Shown piece after piece: positions 34,112 to 44,359 of a DNA stretch of 64,000 nucleotides. Where the stretch lies: the IMG/VR virus record IMGVR_UViG_3300020202_000061, positions 283,505 to 347,504 of that record. One strand, given 5' to 3'. Positions within the stretch are counted from its first letter, which is position 1. Each line of letters starts with the position of its first letter. The notes below the pieces were generated by a model that saw nothing but the letters and a program-made list of their open reading frames with translations, was not told where the DNA came from and did no database searches. Both the position numbers and the translations under genes were made by a program.

Positions 34112-35224
34112 ATGAGCAAGTTCTTCGGTGGCAACAAGCCATACGATTTCGCCGTATTCATCGGCCGTTTCCAACCCTTCCACAACGGACACAAGCAGGT
34201 CATCGACCGCGCTCTGGAACTCGCCCACAAGGTGATCGTTCTCGTTGGCTCTGCCGACTCCGGTCGCACTCTTCGCAATCCATTCACATTCGATGAGCGC
34301 AAGGAAATGATCCTGGGCCACTATGACGTGGACGGATTGAACCCCTACGCTCCGAATGTCGGCGTCTTGGTCGAGCCGCTCCCGGACATCGCTTACAGCG
34401 ATACCACCTGGGTCATGCAGGTCCAGAAGATTGTGGATCAGGTCGTCCTACGCGAGATCAATGCCGCACATCCCAACGCGGGCATCCACGGTACCCTGGA
34501 CGCACGGGTCTGTCTGATCGGCCACAACAAGGACAACACCAGCTATTACTTGAAGCTGTTCCCGCAGTGGTCCTCCGAGAATGTGCCGCAGACCGAACTG
34601 CTGGCGGCAACGAACATTCGTGACGTATTCTTCGGCCGCAAGGGTGGTGTCGGCGATATGCCGAATTCGGTCGCAGATTTTCTTCTGAAATTCACCAACA
34701 CACCCGACTACATGTCACTCTGCGAAGAATACGAATTCATCCGCAAGTATCGTGAATCCTGGGCAGGAGCACCATACGCTCCGGTGTTCGTGACAGGTGA
34801 CGCCGTGGTGATCCAGTCCGGACATATCCTGCTAGTTCGCCGCAAGAACCATCCCGGTCGTGGTCTACTCGCGTTGCCCGGTGGCTTCGTCAACCAGGAC
34901 GAACGCATCCTCGACGGGGTGATCCGTGAACTCAAAGAGGAAACCAACATCCGTGATGGTCGTGGCACGATCCCACCGGGCGTGCTGGAGGGATTCATCG
35001 AGGGTTGGGGTGTCTACGATGCCCCGCATCGCGATCCTCGTGGCCGTGTCATCACCCACGCCTACCTGTTCAAGCTACCCGACTCCAAATCGCTCTACAA
35101 GGTGAAGGGCGGCGATGATGCGGAATCCGCCCAGTGGTATCCGCTGGGCACGTTGAAGCGTTCCGACTTCTACGCGGATCACTACGACATCATCCAGAAA
35201 CTCATCGATACGGACGTGGAGTAA
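34112..35224 (+). CDS. nadM: Bifunctional NMN adenylyltransferase / Nudix ADP-ribose pyrophosphatase
   Basis: IGRFQPFHNGH, RNPF, GHNKD.TSYYL; Nudix box PGGF...RELKEET. Confidence 0.92.
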   Translation: MSKFFGGNKPYDFAVFIGRFQPFHNGHKQVIDRALELAHKVIVLVGSADSGRTLRNPFTFDERKEMILGHYDVDGLNPYAPNVGVLVEPLPDIAYSDTTWVMQVQKIVDQVVLREINAAHPNAGIHGTLDARVCLIGHNKDNTSYYLKLFPQWSSENVPQTELLAATNIRDVFFGRKGGVGDMPNSVADFLLKFTNTPDYMSLCEEYEFIRKYRESWAGAPYAPVFVTGDAVVIQSGHILLVRRKNHPGRGLLALPGGFVNQDERILDGVIRELKEETNIRDGRGTIPPGVLEGFIEGWGVYDAPHRDPRGRVITHAYLFKLPDSKSLYKVKGGDDAESAQWYPLGTLKRSDFYADHYDIIQKLIDTDVE

Positions 35225-35230
35225 ACGCCC

Positions 35231-35419
35231 ATGGCCTACTATGTGATCGGCGGCGAATACACCAACACCAAGTTCGAAGAATTCGTGGACGGAAAGGGCG
35301 AGAAATACGGTCCATTCCCGACCTACGACGCGGCCGAAGTCAAATGGCGCGAACGATCCTGGGCCAACGTGGACAACTGTCACGCTCGCTACACCATTCA
35401 GGGGGAACCAAATGCTTAA
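35231..35419 (+). CDS. DUF4170-like small protein
   Basis: YVIGGEY...GPF.TY..A...WR...VDNCHARY. Confidence 0.7.
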   Translation: MAYYVIGGEYTNTKFEEFVDGKGEKYGPFPTYDAAEVKWRERSWANVDNCHARYTIQGEPNA

Positions 35420-36155
35420 ACTGTTTGAATACAACTCGTTCCGTGAACTCTTCACGGTGTCCTGGCTGAGTCTGCTCGCCGTGATGCTGTGGAAGATCAT
35501 CGGCATCGGATTGTTCGAGGATTTCGCGCCGAGCCCGGTCGAGTTCTTCGGAACATGGCTGACCCTGATCTGTGTGTGGCTGACGGGTCGCCAGAATATG
35601 TGGTGCTGGCCCACCGGCATTGTCAGTGTGCTGCTGTTCGCCTACACCTTCTACGAATATCAACTCTACGCCAGCGCCATTCTGAACGCCGGATACTACT
35701 TCCTGGTTCAGTTTTGGGGCTGGTACCAGTGGGAGAAGGGTCGCCTCGTTCAGTGGACCGAATCCTGGACCCAGCGTATCGGTATTATCTTGGCAATCCT
35801 TGGCTTCACCCTGGTTTGGGGCTGGTTCACCAGCTACACCGATGCCCAGTATATCGCAGTGGATTGTGCGATCATGGGCATCAGTATCGTTGCCCAATGG
35901 CTACTCAACTACAAACGTCCCGAAGCATGGCTGCTGTTCATTACGGTGAATGTGCTCTCGACGTGGCTCTACTTCACCACGGGCCTCTACATGATCGGTG
36001 CGCTCTACTTCGGGTTCATCTTCGTGGCCGCCTACGGCTGCTGGCAGTGGCATCAGAATCGTGTCGTTGGTCTGAGGGAACTTGCTGATCAAATTTACAA
36101 CGAGCTTTTCACTCACGAGACCCGCGTGCCTCGCAAGGACAACAACTATGTTTAA
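35412..36155 (+). CDS. pnuC: Nicotinamide riboside transporter
   Basis: Multi-TM; CVWL..QN.W.WP.G, GWY.W, SIVAQWL..KR.E.W. Confidence 0.88.
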   Translation: MLKLFEYNSFRELFTVSWLSLLAVMLWKIIGIGLFEDFAPSPVEFFGTWLTLICVWLTGRQNMWCWPTGIVSVLLFAYTFYEYQLYASAILNAGYYFLVQFWGWYQWEKGRLVQWTESWTQRIGIILAILGFTLVWGWFTSYTDAQYIAVDCAIMGISIVAQWLLNYKRPEAWLLFITVNVLSTWLYFTTGLYMIGALYFGFIFVAAYGCWQWHQNRVVGLRELADQIYNELFTHETRVPRKDNNYV

Positions 36156-37197
36156 TCGCGGGCTCATCATCGGCAAGTTCATGCCGTTCCATCGCGGGCA
36201 CGAGTACCTGATCCGCTTCGCCATGCAACACTGCAACACACTGGACGTGATCGTGTGCACGAACCGCGAGGAACCCATCGAGGGGCATCGTCGCTGGCAG
36301 TGCGTGGCCCGCAGTCTTGCTGGGCTCCAGGAATGCACGGTCAACGTCCTGTGGTATCAGAACGATCTCCCGCAGGAACCCGCAGGGATCACCGATGAAG
36401 CGTTCTGGAAGGCATGGGTGCGTGGTGTGACCAACGAGGTTCACTACCTCAAGGGGATCGGTCCACGTGGTCGCATCCACTACGACGCGCTATTCGCCTC
36501 GGAGAACTACGCGTGGCGCTTCGCTCGTGAACTCGGAGCGGAATACGTCCCGGTCAACCCGATCCGCTCCATTGTACCGATCAGCGCGACCAAGCTTCGT
36601 GCTGATCCCCTGGGCTACTGGGAATACCTCACAGAAGAAGCCCGAGAGGACTACGTACAGACCATTGTTATCGGTGGTCCAGAGTCCTGCGGGAAATCCA
36701 CCATGTGCAAGTTGCTCGCAGACGAATTCAAGACCATCTACGTCCCGGAGTATGGCCGCGATTTCTACGAAATGCGCAACCTCGACATCAACCACGTGCG
36801 CTACGAACACATGGAACTGATCGCACACGGACACTTCGCCAGCGTAGACGCGGCCAAGCGCCATGCCAATCGCAGACTATTCGTGGACACCGACGTTTTC
36901 TCCACGATCCTGTTCTCGAAAATCTACTTCAAGAAGGTGTCCGAGGACCTCTATCTGGATGCGGAATCCTGGAAGCCTAATCTGACATTGGTGTGCAAAC
37001 CCAATGTTGAGTGGGTGCAGGATCAACTCCGTAACCTCGGACACCTGCGCGACCAATTCTTCGACGACTACGTTGGTCTGCTCGAAGAATACAAGCTTCC
37101 CTACAAGGTCATTGACGGCGGCCAATACGGGGATCGTCTACTTGATGCCGTCAAACACGTCCACGCCCTCGGGGGCGTCCCGAAGGCATCGAACTAG
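36148..37197 (+). CDS. nadR: NadR-like NMN adenylyltransferase / ribosylnicotinamide kinase
   Basis: GKFMPFHRGH, ISAT, P-loop GPESCGKST, PEYGR, FVDTD. Confidence 0.9.
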   Translation: MFNRGLIIGKFMPFHRGHEYLIRFAMQHCNTLDVIVCTNREEPIEGHRRWQCVARSLAGLQECTVNVLWYQNDLPQEPAGITDEAFWKAWVRGVTNEVHYLKGIGPRGRIHYDALFASENYAWRFARELGAEYVPVNPIRSIVPISATKLRADPLGYWEYLTEEAREDYVQTIVIGGPESCGKSTMCKLLADEFKTIYVPEYGRDFYEMRNLDINHVRYEHMELIAHGHFASVDAAKRHANRRLFVDTDVFSTILFSKIYFKKVSEDLYLDAESWKPNLTLVCKPNVEWVQDQLRNLGHLRDQFFDDYVGLLEEYKLPYKVIDGGQYGDRLLDAVKHVHALGGVPKASN

Positions 37198-37210
37198 AGG
37201 AGTTCTAGCA

Positions 37211-38620
37211 ATGTATGTGAAACCCAATATCATGATCGATACCGACTCGTACAAGGTCAGCCACTGGCTCCAGTACCCGCCGGGCACCGAATACGTGTCC
37301 TCCTACATCGAGGCCCGCAAACAGTTCATCACCGAGGAACTCGTGTTCTTCGGGCTCCAAATGTTCCTCAAGCAGTATCTGAGCGAACCCATCACTCAGG
37401 AACAGATCGATGAGGCGGCGGAGTTTTGGGCCGCCCACGGCGAGCCTTTCAACAAAGAGGGCTGGGAATACATCCTGCGTGTTCACAACGGCAAGCTGCC
37501 CGTGGCAATCCGAGCGATTCCCGAGGGCACCGTCATCCCGGTCAGCAACATGCTGGTTCAGGTCCAGAACACCGATCCGAAAGTGCCCTGGTTGGTCAGC
37601 TACCTGGAGACGATGCTGCTCCAGGCCATCTGGTACCCGACCACGGTCGCGACTCTCTCCTGGGAAACCAAGAAGATAATCCACGGCTATCTCAAGGCGA
37701 CCTGCGACAATCCGGATGCAGAGATCGGCTTCAAGTTGCACGACTTCGGCTTCCGTGGAGTCAGCAGTCGTGAATCCGCTGGTATCGGCGGGTGCGCCCA
37801 TCTGGTCAACTTCATGGGCACAGACACCGCCATCGGTGCGATGTATGCCCGTGCCTTCTACAACGAGCCCATGGCTGGATTTTCGATTCCGGCGGCCGAA
37901 CACTCCACGATCACCAGTTGGGGTCGTGAGAATGAGGTTCTGGCGTTCAAGAACATGCTGGACAAGTTCGGTGATGGTCCGCTTGTCGCGGTGGTGAGTG
38001 ATTCCTACGACATCTACAACGCCGCTCGGGTGCTGTGGGGCATGGAACTGCGTGAGCAGGTCCTCAACATGAAGGCGACCCTTGTGGTGCGTCCGGACTC
38101 CGGCGATCCCACCTGGGTGCCGGTGGAGATCATCGAAATCCTCGGCGACAAGTTCGGCTACACCACCAACTCGAAGGGCTTCAAAGTCCTGAACAAGTGC
38201 CGTGTCATCCAGGGCGACGGCATGGTGCACGCCACCATCAACAAGTTGCTCAGCAACCTTCTGGTGCGCGGCTGGTCGGCCGAGAACATTGCGTTCGGCA
38301 TGGGCGGGGGTCTGCTCCAGCATCAGGTCAGCCGTGATAGCCTGGGCTTCGCCATGAAGGCCAGCGCAATCAAGGACTCGGTTGGATGGCTCGACGTGTT
38401 CAAGGACCCCATCACCGACAAGGGAAAGGTCTCGAAGAGGGGCAGGCTGATCACGGTCCGCTACGACGATGGTCGTTACGAGACCACGAACATGGACTAC
38501 AATGATCTGCTCCAGCATGACTTTCGCCCACCCGAGCAGATCGACCGTCTCGTCTGGAAGAATGGCAAGCTGATCATTGACGAGGATTTCGCCACGATCA
38601 GAAAGCGTTCATGGGCGTAA
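37211..38620 (+). CDS. nadV: Nicotinamide phosphoribosyltransferase
   Basis: TDSYKVSH..QYP, LHDFGFRG, PAAEHS, VSDSYD, VRPDSGDP, IQGDG, FGMGG. Confidence 0.95.
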   Translation: MYVKPNIMIDTDSYKVSHWLQYPPGTEYVSSYIEARKQFITEELVFFGLQMFLKQYLSEPITQEQIDEAAEFWAAHGEPFNKEGWEYILRVHNGKLPVAIRAIPEGTVIPVSNMLVQVQNTDPKVPWLVSYLETMLLQAIWYPTTVATLSWETKKIIHGYLKATCDNPDAEIGFKLHDFGFRGVSSRESAGIGGCAHLVNFMGTDTAIGAMYARAFYNEPMAGFSIPAAEHSTITSWGRENEVLAFKNMLDKFGDGPLVAVVSDSYDIYNAARVLWGMELREQVLNMKATLVVRPDSGDPTWVPVEIIEILGDKFGYTTNSKGFKVLNKCRVIQGDGMVHATINKLLSNLLVRGWSAENIAFGMGGGLLQHQVSRDSLGFAMKASAIKDSVGWLDVFKDPITDKGKVSKRGRLITVRYDDGRYETTNMDYNDLLQHDFRPPEQIDRLVWKNGKLIIDEDFATIRKRSWA

Positions 38621-38624
38621 ACAA

Positions 38625-38650
38625 AAGGGGGCCGAAAGGCCCCCTTAGTT
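38625..38650. terminator. Bidirectional intrinsic terminator
   Basis: AAGGGGGCC-GAAA-GGCCCCCTT between convergent genes. Confidence 0.8.
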
Positions 38651-40174
38651 TTAGGCGAGCTTCCAGAATCGAACCTGAGCGTAGACTTCGATTTCTCCAC
38701 TACCCGTGGTCGCCAGACCTAGGGCTCCTGCATTACCTTCACCATTGGTGGAGGTGAAATACTGAATCTGGAAGTTCTTGTTTGAAGCAATCGTAAACAC
38801 GCCATCCAGGATCGAGGACGAGACATCCGAATCCTGGTCGATGTTGGAGTAGGCGCACGATCCGACAACCGCAGTGGTGTTGTCGGTGACATTACGCAGA
38901 CGAATCTTTGCACGCTCCAGATGGAAGAACGGTGCACTCGCATGTGCATGATAGGTTCCCGCAGGCAACGTTACTGTGTTCGACGCGAGCGAGGCTCCGG
39001 TAATGGAGTTGGTTTGGATCGCATTCAGCGCACGTGCGGTCCAGGTGTTGGCGATGGCCGTACCACCGTTGGTACCTGCCACCTTCTGATCCTGAACCAC
39101 CATAAGCTGGACGGTGCCGCTACCACCTCCACCACCCGCAACTCCGGTGATGTCTTTCCGTGTGACCTCGACAATCGTGAAAACCTCGGGCACGCCGAAG
39201 TTCGCTGCCACACCAAATCCATCACCCGTCTGGGCATTCTGAACACGGTGCTGAATCTCAAAGGTCTTTGCGGAACCCAGAGAGACATCGACGCTACCGA
39301 AAGAACTAGTCTGAACATCCGCCGTGCCCAGTGCGTATTCGCTGGAACCCATCGCGACATCAACCGCATCCGTGATGTTTCTCAGCTTGGATTTGTGACG
39401 GGCGCAGTTGTATGCGGGAGCCCACCACTTGATATTGTAGTTACCCGCAGGCAACGTGAACTGGTTCGCTGTGACAGTCGCGCCCGCAATCGTGTTGCTG
39501 AGGATCGTATTCAGGTTCCTGGTCAGGAACGTTCCGGCCGTGGTCGTGCCACCCGAGGTGTTCGCAGCCTTCTGATCCACCGCGATCATGTTCTTGATCG
39601 CCGCCGAACCACCGCCACCACTGCCTCCGCTACCCAGGAAGAAAACCTGGAACGTTGTGGTTCCGGTGCAGACGATCTGGCAGGACTGAGCCGGAGTTAG
39701 AACAACCGTGCTGGTGTCGTTGATGGTCTGGGTGCTGAACGGGTCAATCGTGACATTACCGATACCGGTGTTCTTAATCTGGCAGGACCAACCCACACCG
39801 AGAGTCGCCGCATTATCCAGGAAGAATGAAAAAGTTCCGTTGCAGAGAAAACCCTTGCCGCGATCCGCAGCCTGGGCTGTATAGTTGGCCGAGAGGTTTA
39901 CAGTGATGATCCGGTCATTCAGGTTCAGACCGATAACCGTGGCCCCGGTCACATCCAACAGACTCGAAATGATCACGTTGGAGGACTGGAGATTCGATAC
40001 GTTTCCAGCCGTGCTCTGAACGTTCGTGAAGAAACCCACATCGGGCACACTCGCACCGATGGCGGTCGCGTCAATCCGGCGCGGACCCAACGTGTTACCC
40101 ACGTTGTTCACGACCAGCTTGTTGACCGGTCTCACAGAGAGATCAATTACGTCGCGTGTAGCTTTCGTGACCAT
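38651..40174 (-). CDS. Tail fibre / receptor-binding-like virion protein with duplicated C-terminal domain
   Basis: Gly/Ser/Thr-rich; two DQK..GG...R.LN.I..N.I.GA...TLPAG.Y domains separated by Gly linkers. Confidence 0.7.
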   Translation of the reverse strand: MVTKATRDVIDLSVRPVNKLVVNNVGNTLGPRRIDATAIGASVPDVGFFTNVQSTAGNVSNLQSSNVIISSLLDVTGATVIGLNLNDRIITVNLSANYTAQAADRGKGFLCNGTFSFFLDNAATLGVGWSCQIKNTGIGNVTIDPFSTQTINDTSTVVLTPAQSCQIVCTGTTTFQVFFLGSGGSGGGGSAAIKNMIAVDQKAANTSGGTTTAGTFLTRNLNTILSNTIAGATVTANQFTLPAGNYNIKWWAPAYNCARHKSKLRNITDAVDVAMGSSEYALGTADVQTSSFGSVDVSLGSAKTFEIQHRVQNAQTGDGFGVAANFGVPEVFTIVEVTRKDITGVAGGGGGSGTVQLMVVQDQKVAGTNGGTAIANTWTARALNAIQTNSITGASLASNTVTLPAGTYHAHASAPFFHLERAKIRLRNVTDNTTAVVGSCAYSNIDQDSDVSSSILDGVFTIASNKNFQIQYFTSTNGEGNAGALGLATTGSGEIEVYAQVRFWKLA

Positions 40175-40194
40175 TTATAAGCTTCCCCAGGGTG

Positions 40195-40944
40195 TTAGCC
40201 TTCGTATTTAGCCTCGTTCGGAGTATCCAGGAACCCAGGGGTTTCCACCCGAATCGCCTGCTTGGGCCAAACCATGAGGATTTTCTTAACCGTATCGTGA
40301 CGAACCACATCACGCTCATCGAAACGGACAAAACCGATCTCGGATAAACCCCCGAGATAACGGCGGGCCACGTTGAAACAGGTATAACCGTTGATGTCGG
40401 ATTGGGAGGGGTCACCCGTGAGAACCATTTTCCGGCCCTCACCCAGACGGGTCAGCAACATCAAGAGGTTACTCTCGGTGGCGTTCTGAATCTCATCCCC
40501 GAGAATAAAGGTGTCGCGGAAAGTTCGACCGCGCATGAATGCGAGCGGGACGATCTCGATTCGTCCATCCGCCATCATGTCCTTGACGGTGAACCTGCTC
40601 CAATAGGAACGGAACGCGTCAAAAATCGGCTGAATATAGGGGTCCATCTTCTCGTTGATACCACCGGGCAGATGACCCAGACGTTCACCCCCGGCCTCAA
40701 CCGCAGGACGACAGATGACAATTTTTTCGATGCGCCCCTCACTCATGTATTTCATCGCCATGAGGGCGGCCAAGTAGGTCTTGCCGGTACCAGCCCGGCC
40801 TTCTGCGATGGTCACGTCGCAGCGTTCAATTGTTCGGATGTATTCGTGTTGTTTTCGGTTGCGTGCGGTAATCTCAATTTGTTTGAAGGTATCCGGGATT
40901 CTTTCTGTCTGCTGCACGCGTGGTGCACGCTTCTTTTTGGGCAT
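40195..40944 (-). CDS. phoH: PhoH-like ATPase
   Basis: GRAGTGKTYLA, RPAVEAG.LG.LPG, MRGRTF, DE.QN, GD..QSD. Confidence 0.95.
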   Translation of the reverse strand: MPKKKRAPRVQQTERIPDTFKQIEITARNRKQHEYIRTIERCDVTIAEGRAGTGKTYLAALMAMKYMSEGRIEKIVICRPAVEAGGERLGHLPGGINEKMDPYIQPIFDAFRSYWSRFTVKDMMADGRIEIVPLAFMRGRTFRDTFILGDEIQNATESNLLMLLTRLGEGRKMVLTGDPSQSDINGYTCFNVARRYLGGLSEIGFVRFDERDVVRHDTVKKILMVWPKQAIRVETPGFLDTPNEAKYEG

Positions 40945-41020
40945 TAAAATTGACCTCCGTGGAGGCGAGGAATCTCACCTCTACGCAGAGTATTTAAGGG
41001 GGTGCTGACGAATAATTGGG

Positions 41021-41049
41021 TTGACTATTTCAGAGGTTTCTGATATATC
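41021..41049 (+). promoter_or_regulatory. sigma70-type promoter (leaderless)
   Basis: TTGACT-N17-TATATC, ATG 41056 after 6 nt. Confidence 0.65.
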
Positions 41050-41055
41050 CCTGGT

Positions 41056-41400
41056 ATGAAAATCTCTGCGGATCAGGTCCGACAAGACCTCAAGATCACC
41101 TACGACAGCACCAATTGTGGCTACCCGATCACCCTCAAGGGCGTGGTTATCGGCCATATGGTTCGATACGGCAAATACGTTGGTATGAATCGCAGTCGCG
41201 TAAAGGACGTGGTCGGCTCACGCATGAGTTATCCGTTCCGCAACATGGACCTTGAAGCGGCTGACCGCAATTCCCTCCTGAACAAGCTCGCTCCGAAGAT
41301 CGCCCGCGTCATCAAGATGACCGCTCCGCAAGATGCGATCTACGATGAACTGCTGATCTCAGCGATGACCGTAACAACTCCTGTCGCTCCAACTGTATGA
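41056..41400 (+). CDS. Hypothetical protein
   Basis: ORF behind promoter. Confidence 0.6.
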   Translation: MKISADQVRQDLKITYDSTNCGYPITLKGVVIGHMVRYGKYVGMNRSRVKDVVGSRMSYPFRNMDLEAADRNSLLNKLAPKIARVIKMTAPQDAIYDELLISAMTVTTPVAPTV

Positions 41401-41786
41401 CCCTGACCGACGCGCTCGAATCCGTCCTGGCCTGGGTCGAAGGTCAGACCGGTGTCTCCTACTCCCTGAATGAAATCCAAATGGCCGAGAACTCCATGAC
41501 CGAGGGTGATGAATCTCTGCGTGGGTTCAAGGTGATCAGCAAGCCTCATGTTCCGGCTGCGGCTAATGCCGCCAGTATGGTGGTGGCCAGCTATTCCCTG
41601 TGGATTACTGGAATCGTGATCTCGAACGGCACCGAATCCCTCTATGGCATCTTGGAGTGCAAGGCGGATGACCAGGGATTTGTTGTAATCCCCGTGGTTT
41701 TCTACATGACCCTCAGGAATGGCGGGACCTTCGTCCATACCATTCATTTCGCCTTCAAGAATGGCCGACTATTCTCGGTCGAATAA
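41397..41786 (+). CDS. Hypothetical protein
   Basis: ATGA overlap. Confidence 0.55.
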   Translation: MTLTDALESVLAWVEGQTGVSYSLNEIQMAENSMTEGDESLRGFKVISKPHVPAAANAASMVVASYSLWITGIVISNGTESLYGILECKADDQGFVVIPVVFYMTLRNGGTFVHTIHFAFKNGRLFSVE

Positions 41787-41842
41787 TCTTGACAATTCCA
41801 GAATTCTAGATTAGCCTTGGGGAAACAACCCGAGGACCCCTA

Positions 41843-42904
41843 ATGTTCGCACCGAATCATCAGGAAATCGAAACCATGGTTCAGACCGCCCACGATGCCC
41901 TCCGGGGCACCCCGTGGGAGAAGGTCGGAACTCTGCTCCCGAAGGACGCCAGCGTCCGTGATACCCTGGTTTTGGCCGGGTTGGATTGGGCGGTCCACAA
42001 GCATCCGTTAGCGGCGACCCGCCGTCCGGTCGATCAGATTCCCACGGACGAAATGCTGTCCACCGAATTCGAGCGCAATGGCCTTGTGGAAATCCCTCAA
42101 TTCTATTCGCTCCTGCGCTCGACCGATCTGCACGTCCTCAGTCCCTGTGTGGGCTCCAACTACAAGCCGATCCAGAACGACGCCGCGTTCCAGGTGTTCC
42201 AGGATTTCGTCCTGGCCGGGAACATGACGATGGAGACGGCTGGTTCCCTCAAGAAGGGTCAGCACGTGTGGGGGCTCGCCACCATCGGTGACCACTTCGA
42301 ACTCGCCGATGGTGAGGTCATCAAGGGCTATTTCCTACTGGTGCAGTCTCACAAGTACGGGCATTCGCTCCGTGCCATGTTCACACCGGTCCGGTATCCC
42401 GGCGGCCTTACCCTGGTGAAGCCCATCGGCGTCAAGACCAGCAGTTTCCGGATGTCCCACAACAGGAAATTCGACGAGAACCGGATCAAAGAGATCAAAC
42501 AACTCCTGGGCATCGCCAAGTCCAATCTGGAACGGTTCGTACAGACCGCGAAGTTCCTCCAGGAATCCAAGCTGACCCAGCGTCAGGCCGTGCGATTCCT
42601 CGGCAACATCTTCAAGCCCAAGGACGAAGAAGTCGAACTCCCCGACACGCTCGAAGCGCTCGCCGAGACCAGCACCTACGGCCGAACCCTCCAGAACGTC
42701 GCCTCGTTCGCGCCGGGCTACTTCGCCCAGGAGACACCGTCCTGCCAGGGCACCGCCTGGGGCTACTACAATCTCGTCGCCAAATACCTCGACACCGAGG
42801 CAGGGCGCACCGTGGACAACCGACTGGAGTCGGCATGGTTCGGTGCGAACGCCCGGAAGAAGGCCAAGGCATTCGAGCAAATCAAAGCGTTCGCCATCGA
42901 ATAA
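41843..42904 (+). CDS. DUF932 (phage/plasmid TIGR03299-like) protein
   Basis: AGLDW.V, YKPIQN..AF, ETAGSL..G..VW.LA, GTAWG.YN, WFG; promoter at 41789. Confidence 0.8.
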   Translation: MFAPNHQEIETMVQTAHDALRGTPWEKVGTLLPKDASVRDTLVLAGLDWAVHKHPLAATRRPVDQIPTDEMLSTEFERNGLVEIPQFYSLLRSTDLHVLSPCVGSNYKPIQNDAAFQVFQDFVLAGNMTMETAGSLKKGQHVWGLATIGDHFELADGEVIKGYFLLVQSHKYGHSLRAMFTPVRYPGGLTLVKPIGVKTSSFRMSHNRKFDENRIKEIKQLLGIAKSNLERFVQTAKFLQESKLTQRQAVRFLGNIFKPKDEEVELPDTLEALAETSTYGRTLQNVASFAPGYFAQETPSCQGTAWGYYNLVAKYLDTEAGRTVDNRLESAWFGANARKKAKAFEQIKAFAIE

Positions 42905-42913
42905 GGATCAAGC

Positions 42914-43474
42914 ATGGAACTCTCAGCAAATTCTTGGGTGCCCCAACTGTACCTGCGCATCAGCTATGCGTGGTCCAGGTTTTTCCACGGCGAACGATCC
43001 AAACCGGGATTCGCCTACTACGTGAAGGATAGCTCGATCACCCACACCAACCTGTGCACGTTCATCCGCACCATTTTCCTGTGGGGCTCGCTCTATCTCG
43101 TGGTGATGGCGGTTCCCTTCATCATCTACTACTATGCCCTGATCGATTTCCCGATCAGCTATTTCGGTGCGACCAGCGTGTTGCGGGTGTTCCTCACCGC
43201 GCTCTTCGGACTCATCGTGTGTGCGGCTACGGCCTTCGGTTTGTTCTGGCTGATCGTGACCATTCTGAATTCCGACGCCTACCAGCGCATGTGGGATGTC
43301 ACCCGGAACACCTATCGGGATCGTCGCCGTATGTGGATCGCGCGGGCCGAACACAAACAGGCCGTTCGTGCTTCCCGCACCGCAAAGGGTCCGGGCCTAT
43401 TCAAGCTGCTGTGGACGTGGCTCCAGGACAAGCACAGCAACATGTGCACGATCATCAAGATTGAGGTTAAATGA
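42914..43474 (+). CDS. Membrane protein
   Basis: Two TM segments. Confidence 0.6.
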   Translation: MELSANSWVPQLYLRISYAWSRFFHGERSKPGFAYYVKDSSITHTNLCTFIRTIFLWGSLYLVVMAVPFIIYYYALIDFPISYFGATSVLRVFLTALFGLIVCAATAFGLFWLIVTILNSDAYQRMWDVTRNTYRDRRRMWIARAEHKQAVRASRTAKGPGLFKLLWTWLQDKHSNMCTIIKIEVK

Positions 43475-43872
43475 TGCTGCCGAAACCACTTTCTTTCGCA
43501 ATCTACGCCCTCGTATGCTTGGTCGGCATGCTCGTGGTGTTGGTGGAACAGTCCTTCATGAGCGACGGCCAGGAACGCATCCTCGTGTGGGAAGCCTCCG
43601 AATGCCGCCTAGGTGGAACCGAAATCGGCCGCGACAATGGTGTGGTCCGGGCATTCGCTCTGTGTCCCGGACGCAAACCGGTCGAGATCGGGATTGGGGC
43701 TCGTGAGTTGGTCAACTCGATGATCGATCTCGCTGCGGAAACCCCAGCAGACACCGCCAGCAAACGATTCTACTGCTTCCAGGAACATCTGGTCTGGTCC
43801 GACCGAGACGAGATCACCTGCTCCAACCTGACCTATGCCGACAACATCGCTCGGAGGCATGCGGACGACTAA
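43471..43872 (+). CDS. Membrane-anchored hypothetical protein
   Basis: N-terminal TM. Confidence 0.55.
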   Translation: MMLPKPLSFAIYALVCLVGMLVVLVEQSFMSDGQERILVWEASECRLGGTEIGRDNGVVRAFALCPGRKPVEIGIGARELVNSMIDLAAETPADTASKRFYCFQEHLVWSDRDEITCSNLTYADNIARRHADD

Positions 43873-43880
43873 ATAGGGGT

Positions 43881-44075
43881 ATGAATTTCCCCCTTAGTTA
43901 TCTCTTTCGCTCGGTTCTTCCCAGCATCCTGATCATCCTGGCTCTCTGCGTGACACCGGGCCTGCTGGGATGGTGGATCATCGGTGGGGTTTGGTGGGCC
44001 TGGATCGGCGGTAGCCTCCTAGCCTGGGTTGGACTGCTCTACTACCTGTATCGCCAGATGGACAACATGTCCTAA
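43881..44075 (+). CDS. Small two-TM protein
   Basis: TAAATA 5 nt upstream. Confidence 0.55.
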   Translation: MNFPLSYLFRSVLPSILIILALCVTPGLLGWWIIGGVWWAWIGGSLLAWVGLLYYLYRQMDNMS

Positions 44076-44092
44076 ACGAAAACGGAGCCTAC

Positions 44093-44326
44093 ATGTCGGA
44101 AATTGGTGAAGTTCGTCAGCCATGGCCAGAACCGGCCTGGGTGAAGCATGAGCGCGATATCGCTGTGCAGATCGTGAACGATCCTGAAATGACTTTCTTC
44201 ACGAGGGACCTCGGCGTCTATCCGGGATCATACATGGAGGAGCAGATGAAACCGATCCTGGCCAAGCACATCGCCCGGTTCATGCGCCGTTACGCCTCGT
44301 TGATCAAAGACCTACCGGAGTTCTAA
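44093..44326 (+). CDS. Hypothetical protein
   Basis: GGAG RBS. Confidence 0.55.
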   Translation: MSEIGEVRQPWPEPAWVKHERDIAVQIVNDPEMTFFTRDLGVYPGSYMEEQMKPILAKHIARFMRRYASLIKDLPEF

Positions 44327-44330
44327 AACA

Positions 44331-44356
44331 GAAGGCCCCCGATTCGGGGGCCTTTC
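44331..44356. terminator. Bidirectional terminator
   Basis: AAGGCCCCC-GATTC-GGGGGCCTT. Confidence 0.75.
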
Positions 44357-44359
44357 GCT

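Noticed and set aside
37205-38518. Long antisense ORF (also 44615-46120, 53644-54621, 32882-33775, 57497-58411, 11660-12625)
   Set aside because: Antisense shadows of well-supported GC3-rich genes, with no motifs or RBS.
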